Shown: in pieces, positions 42,093 through 50,934 of the stretch
How the letters are laid out: each line of letters starts with the position of its first letter
Numbering within the stretch: position 1 is the stretch's first letter
Virus record (IMG/VR): IMGVR_UViG_3300021399_000102
Span: 128,001-192,000 of that record
From: a virus
Lineage: Duplodnaviria; Caudoviricetes
DNA length: 64,000 nt
Strand: one strand, 5' to 3'
Program-made: the position numbers and the translations under genes
The notes under the pieces: model-generated
Database searches by the model: none
The model's input: only the letters and a program-made list of their open reading frames with translations
What the model was told of the DNA's origin: nothing

Positions 42093-42341
42093 TCAATGAA
42101 GGTTTCTATGTTCGTTTAGAACGTCGCCATATGGCTTTTCCCATTTCTCTGTCGGGTTCCAAAGCTCCATATATTCGCCAATTTGCTCCAAGAAGGTCTT
42201 GGCATAAACCTCTGACGCAGTAAGTGGAATTCCCATTTGACTCTTGTCGCAAAGGGTCAATATGTCCCAATCGCACATATTGAAGGAGAACCCCTTGGTG
42301 TTGCCAAGCAGCTTTATGTGCAGTTTCTCTATCCAGCTCAT
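42093..42341 (-). CDS. hypothetical protein
   Basis: 82 aa, ATGA overlap with the upstream gene. Confidence 0.6.
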   Translation of the reverse strand: MSWIEKLHIKLLGNTKGFSFNMCDWDILTLCDKSQMGIPLTASEVYAKTFLEQIGEYMELWNPTEKWEKPYGDVLNEHRNLH

Positions 42342-43564
42342 GTGATAATTAAGTCTTTGCTTTTTAAGTAGGGTGTTGGGTCAAGCAACCTCTTGTCCCT
42401 CTCGCCATCAAGTTTCCAACCATCCAGGTGGCAAGTCTCTGTTCGGAGTTCAAGATGGAGCATCGCAACTGAGTGGTTCCTGATGTCGGGTCTATACTTC
42501 TCTGGACGAAGAACAGGCGTAACTCTTCCAATCAATCCACCCGCTCTTACCTTGTCTCCAACCTTGATGTTTCGAGGCTCTTGAAGTTCCCCATATGTGA
42601 CAACCCCCGACTTGCCATCGACCTTGACGCACCAAGTCTCGTTCCACCAATCGCAATCTGCCTTCTTGCCAGTGAATTCGTATATGGCAGTGACAACGCC
42701 ATCTTCAACTGCGAACACGTCAGCGCAATCGTGGGTGTAGATGTCCACTCCCTCGTGGATGTCGAACTTGCGTATTGCGCCAAACGCGCCAGGCTCGTAG
42801 AACCTTGGAATGTAGTCCCTGAACTTCTCCCTGCACTTTCCACGGACAAACTCGTTGAGCATGTCGTCGCAAATGAACTTTCCGAACATGCCCTTCGCTA
42901 TCTCTGCTGGTTCATTGTATGTTGGCTTTCCAAGCAAGTCCTCCTGCTTGATTGGCTGATGCCAGACGTGGCCTTCAATGATGTTCTTGATTGTGCCTAT
43001 GTCAGCAAGGCCACCAATGCCAATTCCTCCACAAGCCAGGTTCTTCACGGTTGGCTCTATGAACCTGACGAAGTCGAGGGAGTCAAGATATGTCCTGTTC
43101 CTTTGATATATCGGCCCCTGATACATCATTGAGTTCATTGACTCGCAAATGTAGAGCTTCTTTCCACACCCCATCCATGCGGCAAGGACGCTTGAAACGA
43201 AATCGTCGGCAATCCCATTCGCCATCTTGCCGATGATGTTGTAGTCTGCTGGGCAAACAACGCAAACGTCTGCCCATCGGACAAGGTCTATATGCTGTAC
43301 TGGATGTCCAGATTTGTCATGCCAATCTGCTATCTCATGATAGAGCGTGTAATAAGAAGAGAAATGGTCAGTATAGAAGGATTGGCAGAACGAAACATTG
43401 GTGTCATCTGTGGTAGATAGACTGCCTTTGCTGTACATCATCAACTCTCCAGCAGCCTTGGTCATGTAGTGCTTGACTTCATGTCCATCTTCCTTGAGAT
43501 GATGCGCCAGCTTGTGGGAGAGGTAGGCAGAGACAGATCCAGTTGAAAGAAGAAGTATGTTCAT
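42338..43564 (-). CDS. coaC: PPC decarboxylase (CoaC flavoprotein) fused to an M23 peptidase-like domain
   Basis: N-terminal TGSVSA, PADYNIIGKMANGIADD, MNSMMY, LACGGIGIG. C-terminal HEGVD, AVEDG, VGDKVRAG, MLHLE, DPTPYL. Confidence 0.85.
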   Translation of the reverse strand: MNILLLSTGSVSAYLSHKLAHHLKEDGHEVKHYMTKAAGELMMYSKGSLSTTDDTNVSFCQSFYTDHFSSYYTLYHEIADWHDKSGHPVQHIDLVRWADVCVVCPADYNIIGKMANGIADDFVSSVLAAWMGCGKKLYICESMNSMMYQGPIYQRNRTYLDSLDFVRFIEPTVKNLACGGIGIGGLADIGTIKNIIEGHVWHQPIKQEDLLGKPTYNEPAEIAKGMFGKFICDDMLNEFVRGKCREKFRDYIPRFYEPGAFGAIRKFDIHEGVDIYTHDCADVFAVEDGVVTAIYEFTGKKADCDWWNETWCVKVDGKSGVVTYGELQEPRNIKVGDKVRAGGLIGRVTPVLRPEKYRPDIRNHSVAMLHLELRTETCHLDGWKLDGERDKRLLDPTPYLKSKDLIIT

Positions 43565-44301
43565 GCATTATGTTCCTTGAAGCACTCATCCACGACATTC
43601 TTCGCAAGTGGATACACAAGGAAGGGATGTTTATCCGGCTTCTTGTACTTCCTTGGATTTGCATCATGTTTGGAGATGACAAGAAGTTGGTGGTCGTCGT
43701 TCTTGATGTCCCGAAGATCGTTTCCTATGACGAGATCGACATTGGATTCCGAAATCTGCTTCCTCATCGCGTCAAGCAGTTCGTCCTCTGTGGAATCGAC
43801 AAGCAACTTGAATCCGCATATTGTTGCGATTGGGGCGAGCTTCCTCATGATGGGCAGAACCTTGGGGAGCTTGACGAGCTTGATGCACATATCGTCCTCC
43901 CTCGACCGGTACTTGCCATTGTAGTAGTTGGCAACGCCATAGTCAGATACTGCAGCTGCCACCACGATGATGTCATAAGTCTCTTTCTTGAGAAGTTCCT
44001 CTATGCCAGACTTGTAGTCGTCGAAGGTGGAGTAGCTGATGATGTCTATCGGCCGGTATCCATCTTCATATGTCTCGTCGTTCAAGGACTGAGCTGTTGG
44101 AAGTTTGCCATTCTTTGCTGTGAAGAACGTGATTTTCTCTATGGGATTTCCGTGTTCATTTCCTGTGCGAAATGCCTCAAGCCCCTCGTCGAAGAATGCA
44201 TCAGCTATCCGTGAGCCGAATGTCCCTCGGCTCATGTTCGTAATGCTGCGTACACGGTCGATAGGGACTTTCGTTCCCCCAGATGTTATGAGTATCTTCA
44301 T
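43561..44301 (-). CDS. coaB: phosphopantothenate-cysteine ligase
   Basis: ITSGGTKVPIDRVRSITNMSRGTFG, AAAVSDY, GFKL, GNDL. Confidence 0.9.
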   Translation of the reverse strand: MKILITSGGTKVPIDRVRSITNMSRGTFGSRIADAFFDEGLEAFRTGNEHGNPIEKITFFTAKNGKLPTAQSLNDETYEDGYRPIDIISYSTFDDYKSGIEELLKKETYDIIVVAAAVSDYGVANYYNGKYRSREDDMCIKLVKLPKVLPIMRKLAPIATICGFKLLVDSTEDELLDAMRKQISESNVDLVIGNDLRDIKNDDHQLLVISKHDANPRKYKKPDKHPFLVYPLAKNVVDECFKEHNA

Positions 44302-44315
44302 GGCGAATTTCTCCT

Positions 44316-44735
44316 TCACTTCGCAAGGTTGCGCGTGGATTCAAGTATGGGCAAGCCACCCTCGGTCGGGATGTAGATGATGGTCTTGTCGTTGAGGTCG
44401 TTCTGCTGACGAACCCAAAGATACCTGATGTAGGTCTCTGTGAGCTTTCCATTCTCAATCTCAATCGCGGCAGCGGCACCCTTTGCGCGTTCAACCTCGG
44501 CCTGAGCATTGAGCTTCTCTGCCTCCAGATTGGCTTTCGCTTCCTCAATCTTGATTTGGCGGTTCTGCTCGGCGCGAACGAACTCAGCACGTCCCTCCAA
44601 CTCAGAAGTCCAAACCTTGTACTTCGGGAGGGCAAACATAAGCACAACAACCACCAGTACGATTGTCGCAACTATGCCAAATATGATTCCAATTTCGCTT
44701 GTACCTCTCCGGCTCTTGTATTCTTCGTAGTCCAT
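44316..44735 (-). CDS. membrane-anchored SPFH/band-7-like coiled-coil protein
   Basis: Transmembrane helix, A/E-rich coil, IYIPTEGGLPILE. Confidence 0.7.
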   Translation of the reverse strand: MDYEEYKSRRGTSEIGIIFGIVATIVLVVVVLMFALPKYKVWTSELEGRAEFVRAEQNRQIKIEEAKANLEAEKLNAQAEVERAKGAAAAIEIENGKLTETYIRYLWVRQQNDLNDKTIIYIPTEGGLPILESTRNLAK

Positions 44736-44768
44736 TTGATTATCACTCCTTTGATGTCATATTATACA

Positions 44769-44987
44769 TCATTTGATGGCATTTGTAAACTGCTCCACCA
44801 TTCCCCTGAAGCAACTGCCACACAGGTGGTGGTGCGTCATGCCTATGTTGAACATATACTCAGAGTCGTTCTTTCCGCATATCTCGCAAAGACCCTCCAC
44901 AGCATTTGGATTGTGTTCAACATTGATGCCCTTCAGGTATCTTGATTCAACCTTTGGCTGCTCCATTGGAAAGTCCCATATCTTCAT
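44769..44987 (-). CDS. small zinc-finger protein
   Basis: CEIC...CGSC. Confidence 0.6.
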   Translation of the reverse strand: MKIWDFPMEQPKVESRYLKGINVEHNPNAVEGLCEICGKNDSEYMFNIGMTHHHLCGSCFRGMVEQFTNAIK

Positions 44988-45259
44988 GGTGTTCTCCTTT
45001 CTATAGTCCCATTGGGGTTCCAGACAACAACAGAAGAAAGGGAGTTTGATGTCATGTTTAACCTTACTTGATACACCTCAATATCTTTCGACTGATTCTC
45101 TGGTTGCTGCAAATACTTGGTTATGGCATCCTCTGCCTCCGCTTTAGTCTTGTGATCGCCAAGAAAGCTCAAGCACCACCAACCATCCTTCCCAGGGTCG
45201 TAGGCGTAAACTCTATAAACAGACTCACAAATATCCGGACTGCCATCAATGTACCCCAT
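44984..45259 (-). CDS. hypothetical protein
   Basis: Coupled ORF in the early operon. Confidence 0.6.
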   Translation of the reverse strand: MGYIDGSPDICESVYRVYAYDPGKDGWWCLSFLGDHKTKAEAEDAITKYLQQPENQSKDIEVYQVRLNMTSNSLSSVVVWNPNGTIERRTP

Positions 45260-45283
45260 GTGGCTTGTTCTCCTTTGTTGTTC

Positions 45284-45505
45284 TCAATGTGTGAGAAGAT
45301 ACCATATCCCGAACCCAATTCCAACCAGCAAAATGATGCAGAACGCCGAACATACAACTATGGCTTCTTCTATCTCGTCCTCGGTAATAGGGTCAGATTC
45401 GCCCTTTGGGTCTTTCTTGTACTCCGCTATTCCGTGGAGGAACCATTCATCCCCCGGCTTACATGTGGCATCGTGTGCAATAGCTGCTGCCAGTAATCCA
45501 TTCAT
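45284..45505 (-). CDS. small membrane protein
   Basis: C-terminal hydrophobic helix. Confidence 0.6.
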   Translation of the reverse strand: MNGLLAAAIAHDATCKPGDEWFLHGIAEYKKDPKGESDPITEDEIEEAIVVCSAFCIILLVGIGFGIWYLLTH

Positions 45506-45840
45506 TGCGTCTTCTCCTTCTCCAGTTTTTCAAGGCTCTCAATTGCGTGTTTGACTATTGCCTTGAACTTGTAGTCAAAGACATAGAGGTTTGTTCTGTC
45601 CAGCAAGTTCTCAAGCCAAAGGCAATCGTACCTGTCTATGTGGTATCTCCTGGCAATCTCATAGTGCATGTCGTGGAGATCCTTGTCCTTTGACTTCCAA
45701 TAGGCAGGATCTCGTGACACATCCTTTGGCATCCACCTTCTGTCGACGCCGCATACATCAACAAATGTAGCAAGCCTGGTTTCAAGGTATTCCTCGACCA
45801 GTTGCTCTCGCGTATAGTCCTTGTAGATGTCCATATACAT
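45502..45840 (-). CDS. hypothetical protein
   Basis: First ORF after the promoter at ~45891-45927. Confidence 0.7.
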   Translation of the reverse strand: MYMDIYKDYTREQLVEEYLETRLATFVDVCGVDRRWMPKDVSRDPAYWKSKDKDLHDMHYEIARRYHIDRYDCLWLENLLDRTNLYVFDYKFKAIVKHAIESLEKLEKEKTQ

Positions 45841-45890
45841 TGTCTCAACTCAAATACACTGCGCCCGAAGTTCCTCGGGGAGATATTTCT

Positions 45891-45927
45891 ATTATCTCAT
45901 ATTTCGGTCAGAAAGTCAATACCCCTT
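45891..45927 (-). promoter_or_regulatory. sigma70-type early promoter
   Basis: AAGGGGTA-TTGACT-N-TGAGATAAT. Confidence 0.65.
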
Positions 45928-45942
45928 TGGAGGAATTCTGCT

Positions 45943-46116
45943 TCAGTCTCTTGCCCAATCTTCACGGGTGAATGGCTTGACCTGGATTGAATACCCATCT
46001 TCAAGCTTCTCCCTGACGAACTCCAATGTCGGGTCAATCCCAGTCCAAGGTATGGCGTTTGGGGGATTTCCTGGCTTGTTGTACAACACCATAAACTTTA
46101 CGTATTTCCCATCCAT
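45943..46116 (-). CDS. hypothetical protein
   Basis: MDGKYVKF with GGAG RBS. Confidence 0.5.
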   Translation of the reverse strand: MDGKYVKFMVLYNKPGNPPNAIPWTGIDPTLEFVREKLEDGYSIQVKPFTREDWARD

Positions 46117-46132
46117 TTCTCCCCCGTTCCTT

Positions 46133-46642
46133 TCAATTTGGATGCTTGTAGTCGATTCCAACATAGACCAAACCATCGTCAGAACCATCGTTGTAGTGTT
46201 GCACCCAAAATGGGCGTTCCTCGCAATCGTATTCGTCATGTCCATTTGGCTTTGACCCACACACCTTCGCGTCAATAGGCATCTTCCTCAATGCTGCCAT
46301 CAACTCAGATACGGTTGTGACGTTCTCGCTGCCCTTAAGGTCGATTTCCTTCCCATCAAGCAGTTTGTCGCTTTCATCGTAACCCATTTGACCACAAGTG
46401 AAGTAGCAGGCGCGTTCGCCATCCAAGGGACAATTTGCGCAACTTGACAACTTGCTGTGACCGTATTTGGCGCATTGGTTGTCGAAACGTTGGCTTTGCT
46501 CGTCAGCAGAACCAACATCGCAATTTCTCAATGGGTAATCAAGAACGGAATTGCAAATGGACATGATTTGGTCGAACTTCGCATCCATTGGATTGCAAAG
46601 TTCCTTGATTTGACGTATCGCTTCAATTGGATTCTTCGTCAT
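46133..46642 (-). CDS. hypothetical Cys-rich protein
   Basis: PLRNCDVG and CANCP motifs. Confidence 0.65.
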   Translation of the reverse strand: MTKNPIEAIRQIKELCNPMDAKFDQIMSICNSVLDYPLRNCDVGSADEQSQRFDNQCAKYGHSKLSSCANCPLDGERACYFTCGQMGYDESDKLLDGKEIDLKGSENVTTVSELMAALRKMPIDAKVCGSKPNGHDEYDCEERPFWVQHYNDGSDDGLVYVGIDYKHPN

Positions 46643-46805
46643 ATGGCATTCCCTTCGTTCTCAATTGCCCTCTGAGTTTCCTCACCTCGTCACAAAGCAA
46701 CGGAACCACGTAGTCCCAAGCCAATCTGGATATGTCTCCAGTGGAAGCAAGCTCTGTCTTGGAACGTTCCTTGAACAAGTCAAGATCCTTGTCAGTTATT
46801 GGCAT
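46623..46805 (-). CDS. hypothetical protein
   Basis: MPITDKDL, coupled ORF. Confidence 0.55.
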   Translation of the reverse strand: MPITDKDLDLFKERSKTELASTGDISRLAWDYVVPLLCDEVRKLRGQLRTKGMPYDEESN

Positions 46806-47037
46806 TTTCGCATCTCTCCCAGTTGTCACATACATAAATCGGATATGCGTTCATGCTCCATCCACGGTTTTCATATGGACTTTCATGCAATCCATCCCTA
46901 TCATTGCTCTTCTGAAGCAGAGGATGAAAGCAGTCCGTTTCTCCATCAAAACCGATTCCATTGCCCCATTTGCAATTGCCGCAGCATTTTTCGCATCTTC
47001 GGTAGCCATATCTGGTCTTGAATTCGTTTGCATTCAT
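46792..47037 (-). CDS. small Cys-rich protein
   Basis: CCGNCKW...VCDNWE. Confidence 0.6.
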   Translation of the reverse strand: MNANEFKTRYGYRRCEKCCGNCKWGNGIGFDGETDCFHPLLQKSNDRDGLHESPYENRGWSMNAYPIYVCDNWERCENANN

Positions 47038-47222
47038 TTGTCATCCTCGTCCAATTGACTCAACCAAGCAGTTGCAATGGCGCGTTCAATGTCGTTGTAG
47101 CAATCCTTGCAAATGATGAACTTGCCATCGTCCTCCTTCATCCGACCCATCAATATGGCAAGTTGGGTGGCATCCAAGCCAGTTGGATGTACCTTCTTGC
47201 AAATCTCACATTGGCAAATCAT
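47034..47222 (-). CDS. small zinc-finger protein
   Basis: CEIC...CKDC. Confidence 0.6.
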   Translation of the reverse strand: MICQCEICKKVHPTGLDATQLAILMGRMKEDDGKFIICKDCYNDIERAIATAWLSQLDEDDK

Positions 47223-47434
47223 CTTGACGTGTCCTCCGGCGTACCCCAAATTGGTGCTTCAACATTGCATTTCTTGTCGAACCTCATTGGACAAGGAATT
47301 ACACCCCAAGCTCCGAATATGCGATTGCACTTCTCGCATTTTCCGCAGAACTCCTTCACTGAATACCCATCCTTGCTGAACTTCAACTTGAACCAACAAA
47401 GAACATCCCTCCAATGCCACATTCGTATCTTCAT
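47219..47434 (-). CDS. small Cys-rich protein
   Basis: Coupled ORF. Confidence 0.55.
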   Translation of the reverse strand: MKIRMWHWRDVLCWFKLKFSKDGYSVKEFCGKCEKCNRIFGAWGVIPCPMRFDKKCNVEAPIWGTPEDTSR

Positions 47435-47829
47435 GGTTCCTTCACCTTGTACTTGAACTCTTGTCGGTTTGGCTCACAGAGAACCTTCTCCAATTTGATG
47501 ACATCGACTTCCTCTATCTTGCGAACCTCTCTGCTCAACAAGCCAACATAGTAGTGGTTTCCCTTGGTGTCCTTGACAACATACGCAAACACACCATAAT
47601 CGTCAGTGCAAGCCGCAACAATTTCTGTATTCTTGGGTATGGAATACATTGGTGTATTGGCAGCAAGATGTCCAATTAGTTCATTGTTGGTAGTGGTATT
47701 CTTTGGAGGGATATTCTTTGGCTGGAAATTGAGGATGATGCCGAGGAATATGCCAAAGCCAAGTGCTACCATAAGAACAACATAGAGCAACCACTTGATG
47801 CAATTCCACATGTCAGTAGTGTCTATCAT
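47431..47829 (-). CDS. membrane-anchored protein
   Basis: N-terminal transmembrane helix. Confidence 0.7.
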   Translation of the reverse strand: MIDTTDMWNCIKWLLYVVLMVALGFGIFLGIILNFQPKNIPPKNTTTNNELIGHLAANTPMYSIPKNTEIVAACTDDYGVFAYVVKDTKGNHYYVGLLSREVRKIEEVDVIKLEKVLCEPNRQEFKYKVKEP

Positions 47830-48002
47830 ATCCTATTGCCCTTTCGGTCAAGAAGTTCCCGTGCGGAAGTTAGCCAAGATTCAATGTCCTTCACGAACTT
47901 GTCGTCTTGATAGCCCTCCTTGCTCTTCATTACTTCAAGAAGCAGAGCCATCGCAGGTTGCGCCTTGAACACCAATTCAATTGCCTTTGGTTTCTTCGCC
48001 AT
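47826..48002 (-). CDS. hypothetical protein (58 aa, below the track cutoff)
   Basis: MAKKPKAIELVF..., AAGGA RBS, ATGA overlap. Confidence 0.55.
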   Translation of the reverse strand: MAKKPKAIELVFKAQPAMALLLEVMKSKEGYQDDKFVKDIESWLTSARELLDRKGNRI

Positions 48003-48025
48003 AGTCGTTTCCTTTCATGTACAAA

Positions 48026-48337
48026 TCACCTGCAAGCCGATGGAACTCCAAGGGCGTCAGATGCGTCAATTTCTATCTTCTCCAGCATGTACTTCTTCAC
48101 GATGGTTTGTTCGCTCCACCCCAATATGTTTCTGACATATCCCAATATCCTCTCCAACGCCTTGTTCTGAAATCGGGTGTTCCATTTCTGAACTGCCATT
48201 TCCACCGGATTCATTTCGTCTATTGCCTTTACAGATGCACCACATTTGCAACATTCTACGGTTGCCATGCATCTCAAGCCACCATGGAGAATCCGAGCTT
48301 CCCCACCACAGAACGGACATGGTTCAATCTCAATCAT
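48026..48337 (-). CDS. Lar-like restriction alleviation zinc-finger protein
   Basis: IEPCPFCGGEA...CCKCGA...KWNTR. Confidence 0.75.
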   Translation of the reverse strand: MIEIEPCPFCGGEARILHGGLRCMATVECCKCGASVKAIDEMNPVEMAVQKWNTRFQNKALERILGYVRNILGWSEQTIVKKYMLEKIEIDASDALGVPSACR

Positions 48338-48554
48338 CGTTTCCTTCCTTTCTGTCAAATTGAAACAACACTTGGATTCCATCATAGTCGTCAAGTCCAG
48401 TTCCATGGTTGTCCCACCATTCCTCAACTTTCTTGAGCATTTCCTTCTTGGTCAAGCGATCTTCCAAATGTCCTTGGATGAAGGAAGCCTCGCCTCCACG
48501 CTTGAATGTGGTTATTGAAACAAGCCGTTTGTTAGATGATTTCCCAAACATCAC
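48330..48554 (-). CDS. hypothetical protein
   Basis: Coupled ORF. Confidence 0.55.
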   Translation of the reverse strand: MMFGKSSNKRLVSITTFKRGGEASFIQGHLEDRLTKKEMLKKVEEWWDNHGTGLDDYDGIQVLFQFDRKEGNDD

Positions 48555-48754
48555 TTTTCCTCCATGTGATCAGCGACATATTTGTACATTTCGTGCATAA
48601 CCTCTTGAATCTCTGCTTCTGCGTTGGACAACTTGCGCCTTGATTCATCTGAAAGCAATTCATCCGCACCCAATCTGTATATGTGTTGGATTCCATCTGC
48701 CACATTTATCAAGTTTGCATATCCACCACACATCTTTCTCTCTTCATATGTCAT
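48551..48754 (-). CDS. hypothetical protein
   Basis: Coupled ORF. Confidence 0.6.
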   Translation of the reverse strand: MTYEERKMCGGYANLINVADGIQHIYRLGADELLSDESRRKLSNAEAEIQEVMHEMYKYVADHMEEK

Positions 48755-48765
48755 GCCAAATCCCC

Positions 48766-48990
48766 TTACTGATTCTCGTCCACCAACTTCTTGAGTCGAT
48801 TCATCTTCCTCAAAAGGCTTTCAGAAACCAGGTCGATGTTCCCATTGTTGATGTTGATGATATAGTCGAAGGTAAGGCAAGCAGCCACAAATGGCGCAAG
48901 TTGCTTGTCGACCTCCGGACGTTCACTGACAGATTCCAGATGATCAAGAAACGTCTCCACGATGTAATCTTCACGCTGATCTTTGGTCAT
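48766..48990 (-). CDS. hypothetical protein
   Basis: GGAGG RBS. Confidence 0.6.
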   Translation of the reverse strand: MTKDQREDYIVETFLDHLESVSERPEVDKQLAPFVAACLTFDYIININNGNIDLVSESLLRKMNRLKKLVDENQ

Positions 48991-49309
48991 ATCTCCCTCC
49001 ATCCTTCAAGTCCTTGAGTCGTTGAAACTCGTTTGTTATCGTGGATGCGCATTTGGCGAGAGTCTGTTCAAACGTCTCGGCATACGGATCCATTGGAATT
49101 GGAAGGTTGTCAGTGATGTGCCTGGTCTCTGATGGTTCGAGACCATAGAGAGCTGCAAGCTCCTTGTGCAGATACACTCGGTCTTCGTCGTCCCTTCCCT
49201 GAATTACGGCGTAGCAATACTCCACTGCCTTGTCGTAGAGGGAGCAATGGCCAGAGGGAGACCAGGAAATTCCCTCTGAATTGTAGAATGTGTCACAATC
49301 TTCCATCAC
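48971..49309 (-). CDS. hypothetical protein
   Basis: Coupled ORF. Confidence 0.65.
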   Translation of the reverse strand: MMEDCDTFYNSEGISWSPSGHCSLYDKAVEYCYAVIQGRDDEDRVYLHKELAALYGLEPSETRHITDNLPIPMDPYAETFEQTLAKCASTITNEFQRLKDLKDGGRYDQRSA

Positions 49310-49515
49310 TCACTCCTCTTCTTCCACGCATCAACCCTCTGAATCTCCGATATGAGGGTATTCTCAAGATGTTCAATGCAATCTTCGCAAAGTTCCCAGG
49401 TCTTTGGAAGTTGCTTGTAATCACGCCATGTCCTCAATTCCCTCTGGCACTCGAACAATCGGCCCTTGGCAAGCTCCTTGCCACAGCAATCGCAAACGTG
49501 TATTGTCTTTGTCAT
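49306..49515 (-). CDS. small zinc-finger protein
   Basis: CDCCG...LCEDC. Confidence 0.65.
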   Translation of the reverse strand: MTKTIHVCDCCGKELAKGRLFECQRELRTWRDYKQLPKTWELCEDCIEHLENTLISEIQRVDAWKKRSE

Positions 49516-49901
49516 TTCATGACCTCTTTCAAGTCCACTGAACCAACCATCTTGGATTCAATCACGCCAATCCACTTCTTCATCAATTCGTTGTAGGCTT
49601 TCTCAGCCTCTTCCTTGGTCTCGAAGAACCCAGTCCAACACCAACTGCAAGTTATCTTGTCTATGTAGCCACGCAATTCTAAATGTTGGTCGAATGGATC
49701 TGGTTCCGAAGATTTCACGAATATGCCCTCTTTGTCAGCTTCGGCCATTACAATCTTCACCTTCTTGAAGATGACCTTGTGATTCTCTGGCTCCCAAGGA
49801 TTGAACTTGAATGCACAGACCCACATTTCGTCGAGAACTGGTGCGTATAGTTCCTTGATGGTTAGATTCTTCTGCTTCTTGAATATGTTGAATAGTTTCA
49901 T
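49512..49901 (-). CDS. hypothetical protein
   Basis: Start MKLFNIF with ATGA overlap. Confidence 0.65.
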   Translation of the reverse strand: MKLFNIFKKQKNLTIKELYAPVLDEMWVCAFKFNPWEPENHKVIFKKVKIVMAEADKEGIFVKSSEPDPFDQHLELRGYIDKITCSWCWTGFFETKEEAEKAYNELMKKWIGVIESKMVGSVDLKEVMK

Positions 49902-50278
49902 TTCCCTTCCTTTCTCCATTCCTCGTACTTGTTCTTGTTTCTGTTCCAATCGTGCTTGCAATTGGAGTTGAAGATTGCGTTTCTCGCCATCTGAAGTGGC
50001 TTGTTCATCTTGCACCACATCTGGTCGAATGCCTCGGCGTTCTTCTCGGTCTTTTTCTTCATGAACTTGAAGAAAGCCTTGTCGAAGTCGTCCATCACCA
50101 TGGACATTGCAGACTTGGCAGAATTCCAATCGTGCGAAGTCCCATGCGCCGGAGTCTTTCTGTTGAGAATGTCATAGGCATAGACAACCGACTCGCGCAG
50201 CTCCATTGAATCGTTGTAGAACGCATCCAGTGGAGACGTGTGCTTTATCTTCGCCTTGTAGTAATCCCACATTGTCAT
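49898..50278 (-). CDS. hypothetical protein
   Basis: Coupled ORF. Confidence 0.7.
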   Translation of the reverse strand: MTMWDYYKAKIKHTSPLDAFYNDSMELRESVVYAYDILNRKTPAHGTSHDWNSAKSAMSMVMDDFDKAFFKFMKKKTEKNAEAFDQMWCKMNKPLQMARNAIFNSNCKHDWNRNKNKYEEWRKEGK

Positions 50279-50928
50279 TCGCCGTCCTCCTTGCCATCTC
50301 CTGACTTGTTGAATGAATTGTCCTTTACGTCCTGAAGCATGAATCTGATTGTGGATTCCCGTTCATCAATCGCAGACGAGCAATATCCCCTATCCTCATG
50401 GCAGGCTTTCTTCGCTTCCTCAACCGTATTATACACGTCGCAATTTCGGCTGCCAATATTGCTCCGAAGCATCTCAATGGTGTCGCAAAGAAGTTTCGCA
50501 GTGTCGTGGGTCGCTCCCCTCCAAGTGTCAGACTTCTGAAAGTCTCTCCCAATTTTGAGAATGTCATCCACACTCATCGTGTTAACGTCAAATGAGGCTT
50601 CCTTTGTTGCGTTTCTCTCGTTGGAAAGCTTGCCCTCGTATTCCTTGATCTTCGCCTTGTATGCCTCGTCCCGCTTCTCGCACTCGTTCAAGTGATTGCG
50701 ATACAATCTGATGAAAGTCTCAACGTAATTCTGCTCCTTTGAGAACGCCCACCAACCAACGCCAGCGAGACACCAGCCAATTCCAGATATGAACCCACCA
50801 TCAGCGAATTCCAACACTGCTACCACGAAATAGCCAAATGTGGAAATCCAGTTCCCAATTGTCCCCCATATGGACTTCTTGGTTTCCTTGTTCTCGTCAG
50901 TTTCCATATTATTTTCCTTGTTTGCCAT
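50275..50928 (-). CDS. membrane-associated hypothetical protein
   Basis: Two hydrophobic segments, a coiled coil and an RNCDVY motif. Confidence 0.7.
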   Translation of the reverse strand: MANKENNMETDENKETKKSIWGTIGNWISTFGYFVVAVLEFADGGFISGIGWCLAGVGWWAFSKEQNYVETFIRLYRNHLNECEKRDEAYKAKIKEYEGKLSNERNATKEASFDVNTMSVDDILKIGRDFQKSDTWRGATHDTAKLLCDTIEMLRSNIGSRNCDVYNTVEEAKKACHEDRGYCSSAIDERESTIRFMLQDVKDNSFNKSGDGKEDGE

Positions 50929-50934
50929 GTCATA

